The position numbers were made by a program, and so were the translations under genes. DNA of 33,060 nucleotides from Craspedostauros australis (lineage: Eukaryota): the NCBI GenBank assembly GCA_030167865.1, contig JALAGF010001101.1, positions 1 through 33,060 on the forward strand, in the 5' to 3' direction. This document shows positions 1 through 11,079 of this stretch, piece after piece; the first letter of the stretch is position 1, and the number at the start of each line of letters is the position of its first letter. The notes beneath the pieces were generated by a model. It saw only the letters and a program-made list of their open reading frames with translations. It made no database searches and was not told the DNA's origin.

Positions 1-2
1 AT

Positions 3-239
3 TTTCAAGCAGACCCTGATCGTGTTGTGAAGGTCTTCGAGGATGATTCTGATGATGATGACATGCCCATTTTCTATGTCATGTGTGCATTTGCTCTTTG
101 TGTCCGCGATACCAAGAAGGTGAAGGCGACGCCAATTGCGAAGAAAAAGGTGCGACGTGCTCGACGTGCTGCAGCGCACAAGCAGAAGGACATTACCAAG
201 GATGACATGTCCATCCATCCCAATGAAGCCACATCCTAG
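3..239 (+). CDS. Possible 3' end of a gene entering from the left edge (product unknown)
   Basis: Frame is open from position 3 to TAG at 237-239 (FQADPDRVVKVFEDDSDDDDMPIFYVMCAFALCVRDTKKVKATPIAKKKVRRARRAAAHKQK...ATS*), with an acidic patch then a basic patch. No family recognised. Confidence 0.35.
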   Translation, partial: FQADPDRVVKVFEDDSDDDDMPIFYVMCAFALCVRDTKKVKATPIAKKKVRRARRAAAHKQKDITKDDMSIHPNEATS

Positions 240-1985
240 TGCAAACAGTGCACAATCGCATCTTGCACCAACATCAACACCAAACATAACAGTAGTAGTA
301 GTAGTTCTCAACAACAACCAGTTTTGTGAGATCGAGACAGCTGATTTGTGTTGTGTTGCAAAACATTCGAGATTGTTCGATCCGATTCTGAGATGTCGAA
401 TCACGGGTGGAGATATGTCACGGATGACAATTTCCCTCAACTCCCAGGCACAGACCAACCAATTCTTGAAGAGCAATCGTCTGCGCTGCAGATACGAGCA
501 GAGCACAAGAGTGCGAACATGCCAGGCTTGGCCTGAGAGAATACATATGATAGTACGTAGTGGTGCTATGCGGAGAGTCCTGGCGCAGCAGATCAAGCCT
601 TTCAATGTATGAGTACATGCTACATGAAGGAATCGTTGTGAGGTCGTGGAGAAGAAGTAGCACCAGCATTCTGGGCACACAAGCCCCCGCTTGCCTCCTG
701 CCTCTTCAACGCCGGCAACCGGCAACGAGCAATGGCCCACACATGCGATTGGTATTTGTAATACGTGCTAGCACCGCTGAGCATGGCAAGCTCGCTCGGA
801 GTATTGGATTAGAACCAGGAATACTGGTGCATGAACAAACAGGCCAGGCCGATGTACGACCTGCAAGTCTGGCAGAAACAACCCTTCACATTCTGGTGCA
901 CAAGCGGCAACATGTTGGCAAAGCGATGGTCTTGGGCAAGCAGCAGCGGCACGCACGCACCAGTCTCGCGCTTTGGGCCATTGGTTCTTGGTCCCGGCAC
1001 CGCCAGCAGTCAACAACTCCTTTCAGGAACTCGGAGTGTTCTGTGCCCTGTTGCCACTGCGACTTTCTGCGCTCTTCCGCAGCCTTTCACGCTCATCCGC
1101 ACCGTGCTCGAACTGTGTTTCACCTCCGCTCCGCCCAACCATCACTCCGAAATCCAGCAAAACGTGAGGAGAGGCGATGAGCGCGTCCGCTCACAACTTC
1201 GCGAGGCCACAAGCAGATCTTGACATTTCTGAAAGACATCTTCGGATCGTATCCTTGGACACGTTGTGAGTTTTGTCTGTGTTGTAGTGGTTAGCCAATT
1301 CACAGGTATGCTGTGTCAGTCCCATCCATTTCCGGAACCGGAGACTCAGAATCGCAAGAGAGATGCGACCGCGGAAGAAACACGAAGAAAGCGTCAGGGA
1401 ATGAAAGCAGCGCGAAGGTTTCCGAGAGAGACGGTTTCGGGCAGGCTCCGGATCGGAGACAACCATGCTCCGAGATTTGGAACAACATGATGCGTTCATT
1501 CTTGCTCCATTCCATCCTCCCCCATGCACACAGACGTTGCCGGCATCCCGCAGCACAGAGTGTGAAGGAGGCATGGTTCGTCTTGTGCGTGTTCGTAGGT
1601 ACAATCAGGGCACCACAGCAGCGCCACGACAGCACGAGTTCGCCGGCACGAGGTGTTATACCAGTATACGAGAGCGTTGTTTGGATCAAGCCTGATACGA
1701 CCCGCCAGCAGCACCAGACCCCATGCGTGACGTTCGTGAACGGTAGGTACTGGCGACCACAGCATGAACCAAACACGAACCATGAGGATGGAAAGGGACA
1801 AAGGAGCTACCATCGTCGCCGCCCTTGCGATCACCGCAACAATCGCAAGGCACAAACACGAACCTCAAAAACGAACCTCAACAACGAACATGGAGATGGC
1901 GGCTCAGGCATCATCCGGAGGCCTCTTCCATTTCACTCCAAATTATTCGCAGGGCCGAACAAAGCAGAGCGAGTGTGAGTGAGAA

Positions 1986-2005
1986 GAGTAGAGTAGAGTA
2001 GAGTA
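1986..2005 (+). repeat. (GAGTA)4 microsatellite
   Basis: Read directly from the sequence. Confidence 0.9.
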
Positions 2006-2736
2006 TCCTCTCTGTGAAGAGCATACTGCATGACTCTCGTCCTCTCTTTTTGTTGAGAAAGAGAGTCCCTTCTTCAGTTCGTTCAGCTGGATCATCATCC
2101 ATTCGTTTGGGCTTCTCTGTTTCAACACATTTAATAATTGTCCCTTATACGATCTGGACGTCGCCAGATAAGAAATGCGAGATCGCAGCACAGCCGTCGC
2201 CTTTTACTGCTTACCTGAAAACTGTTTGAATCCCGTGATGAGCCGAACCGTTCTGTTCGTCCGCATGTCTTCCGTTCCAACCATCCAAACAGCATCGTGC
2301 CAACAATCGGCAGCACCAAGAAGCCAGCGTTTTGGCGTTGTTGGTGTGCGTTGGCGGCAAACACAAAACAAGGAAGCAGGTGAGAAGGACCATGGCCATG
2401 GCGGTCGATGCCTGCCGTTCGAGACGGCAGTGCGAGATGGGGATGTCAACGATGAGGCTGGACGTCTGCGGTTCAACTTGAACTCGAACTTGAACATGAT
2501 CCCGATCCAATCGGAGTGGAAACGAATTAGACAACGTACACTCGCATGATATGGCTGGACTATCTGGATCTCACACCTCGCATTCTGCTATATGTTATAT
2601 TACATTACGTTATGTTCCACAAACAACTGCACGCCACAAACGTATGTATTCACATGAACAAATGGGTTCCCTTGATTCTGATTAACCCCAACCACCAGTT
2701 TGAACGCAGACAAGAAAGTCAGACAAAACAGACAAG

Positions 2737-3519
2737 ATGAGCGGAGAAGAAGGACGCGGACGCGGAGGATTTGGACGTGGCGGTGGCCGCGGCAGAGGCC
2801 GTGGTGGACGCGGAGGCCGAGGAGGTCGCCGTGGAGGTCCCGACGAGAACGTGTGGGAGCCAGTGACCAAGCTCGGACGCCTCGTGAAGGAGGGCAAGAT
2901 CGGAAGCATCGAGGAGATCTTCCTGTTCTCCATCCCAGTCAAGGAGGCCGAGATCATCGACTTCTTCCTCAAGGACAAGCTCCAGGACGAGGTCATGAAG
3001 ATCATGCCAGTGCAGAAGCAGTCCTCCGCCGGTCAGCGCACCCGCTTCAAGGCCTTCGTCGCCGTCGGAGACTGCTCCGGCCACATCGGACTTGGGGTCA
3101 AGTGCGCCTCCGAGGTCGCCAACGCCATCCGCGGAGCCATCACCTCCGCCAAGCTCAACGTGGCCCCGGTGCGCCGCGGATACTGGGGACGTATCTCCGG
3201 AATGCCGCACACCGTGCCATGCAAGGTCACCGGAAAGTGCGGTTCCGTCAGCGTCCGCCTCATCCCAGCCCCGCGCGGTACAGGACTCGTCGCCTCCCCA
3301 GCCGGCAAGAAGCTCATGCACATGGCAGGAATCGATGACTGCTACTCCAGCTCGCGTGGTCACACCCGCACCATGGGTAACACCATCAAGGCCCTCTTCT
3401 ACGCCCTCCGTGCCACCTACGGATACCTGTCCCCTGAGTTGTGGTCCGAGAACGCCCTCCTCACGCACCCGTACCAGGAGCACACCGACTTCCTCGCGAA
3501 GAAGCAGCTGCAAACCTAA
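2737..3519 (+). CDS. RPS2: 40S ribosomal protein S2 (uS5), 260 aa, intronless CDS
   Basis: N-terminal RGG/GR repeats followed by conserved uS5 blocks: [90 protein letters not shown]. Strong C/G-ending codon bias. ATG in ACAAGATG context. Confidence 0.98.
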   Translation: MSGEEGRGRGGFGRGGGRGRGRGGRGGRGGRRGGPDENVWEPVTKLGRLVKEGKIGSIEEIFLFSIPVKEAEIIDFFLKDKLQDEVMKIMPVQKQSSAGQRTRFKAFVAVGDCSGHIGLGVKCASEVANAIRGAITSAKLNVAPVRRGYWGRISGMPHTVPCKVTGKCGSVSVRLIPAPRGTGLVASPAGKKLMHMAGIDDCYSSSRGHTRTMGNTIKALFYALRATYGYLSPELWSENALLTHPYQEHTDFLAKKQLQT

Positions 3520-4344
3520 GGAAACAAGTTGAAACGAAACAAGACTCTGACCTCAACCAAGACTGCCCTCAATATTGCTCTAGCTTAACTTAGCTTAGCT
3601 GGTGGTCCGTTGTCAGGGTCCTGCTTCGGCACAACACCCGATCGCAGAAAAGAGTTCTGATGCATGAGAATGGGGACAGCTCACCAACGGCACAGCAACG
3701 CCTCGAACGAAGTGCAAATACACCTGAACACCGCCATCGCGCGCCTGTGTCATGATGGTTAACTACTCCACGCATGGCACATATTACACTAACTCATCCG
3801 CACCTGCGGATACGTGTCCAGGATGACAGAGAGACACCCTCATACTCCACTCGTTCAGAGGACCTGGTTCTCGGAAGCCCCGCATCTGCTGGCGGCGGAA
3901 GGAGCCACGTCCAGAGGTTGTGCAACATCCACGAGTCCTGATGGAATGGAAAGCGTTAAATGAGGAACAGCGGAGCAGCGTAGGTTGCCGACCATCCATC
4001 AAGGGTTCACTGGAATCAGCACTGTTGCCGTAGCCGTCGGTGATGTCAACATTCACATTAATAGTCAGTCCAATACTCTTCACACTACTATATTTGTACG
4101 CTGGAGTACTCAACGAGTATTGAGGCGGCTCTGCCCTTCAGGTCAAGTTGTTGTCGTGTTAGTGTGGGGCATCAATCGCCGCAATAGAGCGTCCTCAAGC
4201 ATGGATATTGATCGACCAGTCGTAACTCTACCGTGTTCGCAGTCGACTCTTGGAATATGCATGATGCGACGCAAACACTATTCTACTCTACTGTATTATT
4301 GAGAGCGCACTCTGCGCAACGACTCGTGTTCGTACTCCGCTCTG

Positions 4345-5981
4345 TTAGTCGACACCGTCATAGTCCACGTCTGCCTCCGTCGAGGCCTTCGAGTACGTCG
4401 TCGACGGAGGCAGCGCAAGGCGCGGGGAACCGGCACCGTCATCCCCCTCCTTCGTCTCGCCCGCATCTCTTCGGAACTGATTCGTCACCATCTTGTCGCT
4501 GCTGCCCTCCGCCGTTCCTTCCTCGTCGCGGCGCAGGTACTGCACGCACTCGTTCACCCGATCCGACACCTGCTCCAGCTCCTCCACCATGTCCGCGTAC
4601 TTCAGGATCACGTACGTGCGCGCCTTCCGTATCATCTCGCGGCTCTTCCGGCTGGTCATCAGCAGCAGCAGCACGCTCTCCACCAGGAACAGACGGGTCG
4701 TGTCATCGGTCTCGCGTTCCTTGTCGGGACCCTCCAGCCACAGATCAGGGTCCATCCCGATCTTCTCATCGACGTCCAGCTCTTCCGGACCGGCCAGCGG
4801 GTACAGGATGTGGCTCATCACCTTCACTTCGTGCAGGAACCACCACGCTGACTCCTTCTCGAGGCAGCAATTCCGAACGGTCCCCGCAACGCCTCGACGC
4901 CGGATCGGGTTCGCCGACCTCAGCTGTCCCAGGATGGTCTCGAACACGCTCATGCTCTCCCCCCGCTCCTTGTTGGGGAGCCTCAGGAGGAACCTGCGCC
5001 CCGCCTCCACCTGCGTGAGATTCATCAGCACCCCCGCGAAATGCTGATACGGATCCTTGCCGTGCGTTTCCAGCTCATCGCTCTCCGCCAGCTCCCTGTA
5101 ATCCGCCTGCTCCATGCAGGCCCTGTTCAGGAACCTCTCCAGCAGGAGCTGCAGCGTGGGCTTCTCCGATGGCACCGCCAGTGGCTTCGACTTTGATGTC
5201 GACGTCGACTGCGAGGATGTTGCGTCATCTGCGTTGGCACCCGCCGAACTGGTCTCCTCTCCGCTCGCCGCATCCAGCTCCTGCTGCGTGACGGCCCGAT
5301 CCGGAAGCGTCCGCCCCACCATGTCGATGGCACCCTCCTCCGTCCTCGTCATGTTGGCAAGCAGGGCAAGCGCGAAGTTGGTTCGCAGCGCGAAGTCCTC
5401 ATTCGAAGGCGACAGGCCCAGGACGAGCTCCACCATGCGCGGCAGCGCCTTTGCCTCGATCATGTCCAGTATGCATTGGTTCATCAGCTTGCCACCGGAT
5501 GATAGCTGCACCAGCGCCTGGCTGGCGAACAAGCCCGCCTTCGTGTCCGTGTCGCTGCAGTTCCGCACGAGCGGTGCCACTATGCCGTGTTGGATCAGCT
5601 TCTCCATCTCATCTCTGGACAGGATCAGAATATCGCAGAGTAATCGGATATCGTCGCAGAGCATATAATAGAGCATATAATCGAGCATAGAGAATGTCAA
5701 GCATGAAGAGTGAGAACGAGATACGGTCGTTCCACCATCTCACCCGACTTGCAAAGCCAAACCCCGTTGCATGGCAGCAGCAGCAGCAGTGGTATCACTT
5801 CCAAGGAGGCTTCAGCAAACATGAACACAGGCGGGCAAACGAAGGTGATAGCGATCACAACGTACCGATCTGTCACCTGCTGAACCGCCTCGGTCGCTTT
5901 CTCTCTCAGATCGGCCCGGTCGGCCTTCAGGAAGCTCACCAGATCCTCGTACACGGATGCCGCATCTTGACTGCTCGCCAT
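4345..5981 (-). CDS. HGH1: HGH1/FAM203-family armadillo-like eEF2 chaperone; exons 5981-5866 and 5614-4345, about 461 aa
   Basis: Motifs LLANMTR, FAGVLMNLTQVEAGRRFLL, IRRRGVAGTVRNCCLE, ILYPLAGPEELDVDEKIGM, DKERETD..RLFLVESVLLL and R..IRKARTYVILK match the HGH1 family. Exon 1 (MASSQDAASVYEDLVSFLKADRADLREKATEAVQQVTDR) joins exon 2 in frame through a phase-2 intron (CG|A = Arg). Confidence 0.9.
5615..5865 (-). other. Spliceosomal intron of HGH1 (251 nt)
   Basis: Donor GTACGT at 5865 and acceptor TCCAG ending at 5615. Removal restores the reading frame. Contains a 12-bp tandem repeat at 5658-5689. Confidence 0.85.
5658..5689 (+). repeat. 12-bp tandem repeat AGAGCATATAAT, about 2.7 copies (inside the HGH1 intron)
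   Basis: agagcatataat agagcatataat cgagcata. Confidence 0.9.
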
Positions 5982-6053
5982 CTCGTCCTTCCCTCCAGCT
6001 TGCTCGTATAATACGTGTTATATAGTGTAATAAGATGATGCTATTTACTCCTC

Positions 6054-6084
6054 GTGGTTGCCTTGGTGGTTGCCTTGGTGGTTG
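6054..6084 (+). repeat. 12-bp tandem repeat GTGGTTGCCTTG, about 2.6 copies (upstream of HGH1)
   Basis: gtggttgccttg gtggttgccttg gtggttg. Confidence 0.9.
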
Positions 6085-7601
6085 TGGTCGAATGGGGGAC
6101 AGAGACCAGAGATGAGAGATGGGAGATGGGAGATGAAGATGGAGATGGTGGGAGAACGAACGACCCATCACCACCAACAGCCTCATGTGTTGTTGGTGTT
6201 TGTTGTATTCTCAAACAAATCCACGTTTGGATGGCACTGATTGGAATACGAACGTCGTACAGACTCAGAAATGATGATCGAATTGCTCGAATGACAGTTG
6301 CAATTCAAAACGGGAATGAAACTGTTTCCCATTCCTTTTCGTTCTTGGTGACCGTTGCCTCGACCGTGAGTGATCGTACCATGACTGTGAAGCACAACTG
6401 TTGTTTCCGAGCCCGTGTCGTCGGCGCCAACGATCGAACTGCTCGTTTGCCAAAAAGGTCCAGATGTGTCTGCTTGGCGCGCCAGGCGACCTGCCAATGA
6501 TGCGGCTGGTTGGGAACGCGTGCGTCAGACCGACAAGGATGCGCGAATTCGGTGTTTTCGACAAGTCGCGCATTGATAAATTTGGATGTGCCCATCCCAG
6601 TCTCCAATTCAAACGCGAAGTAGCCATCAGAAAGCGCCCTTCTTTCGTTGTTCGCATGGGCGCCAACACGAGACACGGTCCAAACGAACGAGCGATTCAG
6701 CTGCCGAATGCCGAAAACTGCTATTCGCGAGTTGCCACACCGAAGCCTCCTGTATTCTACCAGATCCGCAACGGGGCCGGTATTCGTGTCCCCACCAATC
6801 TACTGCCGGAGGCTTGTGTTTCTGTTTTATGAATGTGTCACTTGGTTGTCTTTAGCTGTCCGAGGATCTCCTTTGGTTGAGACGCCGCAGATGGCACTTC
6901 CAAACAGAGATCCAGGCGCTGTGTGTTCGTGCGATTGTGTAGTTGTTTGCTTTTCTCTCTCTATCTCGAGTGGAGCAGAGTGGACTTGAATTCGATACAC
7001 CACTCTCATCCTCTTTGCATCTACGGAGTACTGTGGGGTGCACGAATCCTCGCGCCATGCTATGCACAGCGTTGTGGCCAAGCGAACGCCAATCGAGTGT
7101 CCCTGTAGGGGGCGTTGGGGAGCACCGATTGCATTTCACGCGGACACGGCCGAGGCGCGCACGATGACAGCTGCGCGCACAGACCTGCTGTTCTCTGAAG
7201 CACGCAGGAAGTTCCGCACCAACGAAAGGCAGCAATCGGAAATGAGAAAACGCGGCCAATCAAGCATCTGGCGAATGGCGCGCAACGGGTTGATCCATGA
7301 TGAAGGTACCCATATCCGCGCTTCAATAAATCTTCCCAGACCCGTCCGGCATACGGTGATAAACTCACGTTGATGGACAAGTCTGCGACAAGAAAAGTCG
7401 AAGCCGGAGAAAAGGGCGAAGGAAGAGAGCAGATTGGTTCCGTGACGTGGACTCCGGTGGGGGCGGACGGAGTCGCCTAACGCCATCTTGGAACCAAGCC
7501 AACGCATCTCGAGTACGTGAAACGCAGGGCGACACCAAGCGCCCACATAAGACACCGTTTGTCCCCATGGCAGACACAAGCTTGCGGGTCGGATGTGCCT
7601 A

Positions 7602-7626
7602 CTCTCTCTCTCTCTCTCTCTCTCTC
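7602..7626 (+). repeat. (CT)12 microsatellite
   Basis: Read directly. Shorter (GA)n tracts occur near 18810, 23666, 27740 and 31978. Confidence 0.95.
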
Positions 7627-10600
7627 AGGAGTTTGCTGTCAACATGTCCGAGGCAGTCTATCGTGTTCAAGAGGAGAGATATAAGCCTCCGTCACACACA
7701 CCCTCGAGCCATTGACCCAACCAGACGCTCCGTTGATTCACCTATTCATTCATCTGTCCATCTATTCGTCAATCGATACGCTGATGCCTGGACTAGTTAC
7801 GGATGTTTGGATTGACCTTGGCCTTGGCTTTGGCTTGCGCCTTGACGCTGGCGATTTTTAGGTCCAATCCGAACGGCTGTCGCCCAGGACTACCACACTT
7901 CGGTCCTCTTGTGGCGAAACAATCACCCGAATACCAATACGTACTCGTAGCTTGAGTTTGGCGTTTGGAGCCGTTCTCGCTATTGGAGTATTCTACGTAC
8001 AATTACTCTCCTCCAGAGCAGTTCCATGTCGCTCTTTCGCCACGTACCCCCAAGGAACACGATCCTGAACACGGGAGGGAGGGGGATGGCGTGGGGAGAA
8101 TGGCATGGTACTCGTGCAATCTCTGGCATATTCTTTTTGTTTTCAAATACTCTCCATTCAACGGGTACTCGTGGGTCACGCTCCCCCAAACACACAAGCA
8201 GCACTGTCGCTCCACTTCGCGGTACCGTTGCGGTGCGCACACTACGAGGACTTGCAGAGCGAAGAGAGTGCTGTGGGTTTAGTGCTACGAGTACATGAGC
8301 ATGTCGCTCTCTGTCTGCTTGTGGATGGGAGCGATTACGATTCGACAAAATGTGTAGTATGCTGGAGCCGAGTGCATACTCGCAGAGTAGAGTCCTGTAC
8401 TCGCGGTAGAGGAATCATCGACGAAATTCAAGCTGCTCTGGAGCGTCTCTCTCTCTCTGTGTCTCTCCAGAGAGACAGAGATGGAGACAGTATGATCACT
8501 CGCTTCCAATCAACCGTTACAAATCAGTCGATTAGTTTGGTGTCGCTCCACCACGCACGCGATTGGAGGTTCTTGCCGCTCCTGACCCAACAATCCACAC
8601 AAGCACGACCTTGGGTATGGTGAAAATGGATACCTTGCCGCCCGGGCTGGACAACACACGTCGTTTGTGGTTTGTGTCGCATGACGATCGACCTTAAGTG
8701 GAGACTCTTCGTCCAACAAACGGCTGATTCGACATCTCCCGGTCTCGGATAAAGACGAGGCTTGTGCTGGGCAATGGTCTGTCCATGTTTATTCATACAA
8801 GGACACCATCCGCTTACTCAACTGTACCAGAGAACAGCGCTGGAGATTCACAAACACACAGACGCGCCTCCATGGCGATCTCTTGGGCCTTGTCACAGAT
8901 CTGCAAAGACGTTCTGGGCGCTTCACGTCAGTCCCCACTCCAACGAACAGCACTATGCCTTGATTGGCCATGGCTGCTTAAGGGGCTGTGACTTTGGGGA
9001 CGTTATCAAATTCAGCGCTCCACGATACACGCACGTTCCACCTTTGAAATGGGGGAGCAACAAAATGTAAAGCAAAAACGGCAAATGCAATGTCCTGGCA
9101 AGAAAGAAGGCGAGGAGCAAGAAGGCATGAAAGATCCCACAAATCAGAAGGGAAGCAAACCAAATCTTGGAAGAAGCGCGGTAGCAGCTACAGCAACTCT
9201 GTCGGTGTGACGCAGGAACCATCCATCGTTCATCATCCATCTCTACATATGTACGGCGCAGGGACGAGCTACTCACTCTTCGGGACGTCACCTCCTCCTG
9301 CACTGCGCCGCTGATTTTCTCATCTCGCAGAACCATCTGACTCGCGGGCGCAGCCGTTACTTTTGCTGCCGCTGGTTCACCACCCAGGCCACACAACCGA
9401 CCAAGAAACTTCGAAACACTTTTGCGCAGCAACAACGACGAACAACCATTGCCATTCGTACGTGCTTGTTGCAGCTGCAGGTCGTATTTGGACCACACGA
9501 GAAGGATTACGCACTCGTACCAACACATCCAAAACCGACTTCGCGCACCGCAACGCACATTGCACATTGTACATCGTACGTCATACCACAACACACCACC
9601 AACAATTCACCGCCATCCTCGTTGCATGAATCAGCAGACCATCATTCATACAATAGCTCTCATCACTCCCATCGCTCTCATCGTATCCGTATCAATACCA
9701 ATACCAATACGAATACCAACGCCGACATCAATACCGACACCGACGGACCATCAACCATCGCTGATCTGACAGAGGAGTTGAAATCTCCGCTGGGCGAGCT
9801 CCGAGCAAGTGAAGAGCCACGCACAGCCGCACATACCTTCGTGCCATAGCTCGTACGCATGTGAGTTGAGTGCGTTGCCTTCGATCGAGGATCATCTTGG
9901 TGGTTTCGTTCTCTGCAATCCTTGCTCTCTCCGTTGTTTGTTTTCTTGCTTGCACGCGCGCTTTCATGATTGTTTGCAATGACATTTCGTCGGAGCGTTG
10001 CGCAACATAGCTGAGGGATAATGTCAACGCCATGATCGTATCAGCGCCCGCGCAAGTGTCAATGTCACCGTCTTCAGTTCCACATCTTGCCATCCAAGGC
10101 GACGAGGGTCCCCATTGTCAAAATCCCCGACTCCAATGCTTCCGATTGCCATGGCGACCGCAACCTCACTCACCTGACGCCGTCTGAACCAAACCCTTTT
10201 CTTCCACCACGAAGCCGGTTGACCAAGTCACGACGGTGAGTACAACAGCAGCGGCAGTGATAGCGACAGCCGGGACGCCACCATAGTCGTAAGAAGCCGA
10301 TCCCAAAGAAAGGTACGCAAGTTTGGATGCCCCTCGGCTTCTCGAAGATGTCCTGCCCTTCTGCTCATGTACCTGGACCGACTCGCGAGAGGCTGGCCAA
10401 AGACAATTACGCACGCACAGAGTTGAGGGATACAAAGGCGCCCTCAGTGCGAAGATCCGCCGTGGTTGATCGAACAGGCGGATGATGTCGCCTCCCCTCT
10501 CACCTCTCACTTTCGTTGTCGTCGTCGTCGCCTTTGATACATCCAAACCGTCATGATGAACCCCCACATTTGCTGACATGGTTGAATTCACCATCATGGT

Positions 10601-11079
10601 CGTTCTCCTGGTCGTCCCCATGGGCGTCTGCTTCGTCGGTGTTCCCATGAAACGCGCCTGCATTCATACGGCCACCACACCGTCATTGGACACTGCGCGC
10701 CCCAAAGGCAACATTGCGCGCCAAAAACTGCATCAATCTTCCGCTGGTTGATCGCTGTCGCGTTGTCTCCTGCTTCCTTCCTTCAACAACCTGTCAACAA
10801 CAGCAACCGCAGTTGCAGGCGCACACGTGGTGGAGATATCTGGTATCCGCTCGAGACCAACACGACTTCAATTTCGCGCCAACGCCTTGGCCGATCCGAT
10901 TCTATCCGATTCGACACGAGGACAAGCACCACGCCACTGGTATTTCCGGTATTCCCACGCAGCAGATTTCTCAGCGCATCTTCATCGTGGCAGCAAGTTT
11001 CATTCCCTCGCCTTTTCTCCCCAACCGCACCATCGACAACATCAACAACATCAACACCATCTGCAGCAGGAGCAGCATT

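Noticed and set aside
2682..3532. Overlapping ORFs 2719-3513 (-), 2700-3338 (+), 3092-3532 (+) and 2682-3005 (-)
   Set aside because: Shadows of RPS2 caused by its strong C/G third-position bias; no independent motifs.
4233..5690. Plus-strand ORFs 4233-5018, 4493-5047 and 5114-5668
   Set aside because: Antisense or alternative-frame shadows of HGH1.
5615..5700. Predicted N-terminus MTFSMLDYMLYYMLCDDIR of ORF 4345-5700
   Set aside because: It lies inside the 251-nt intron. The repeated MLxY pattern is simply the 12-bp repeat translated.
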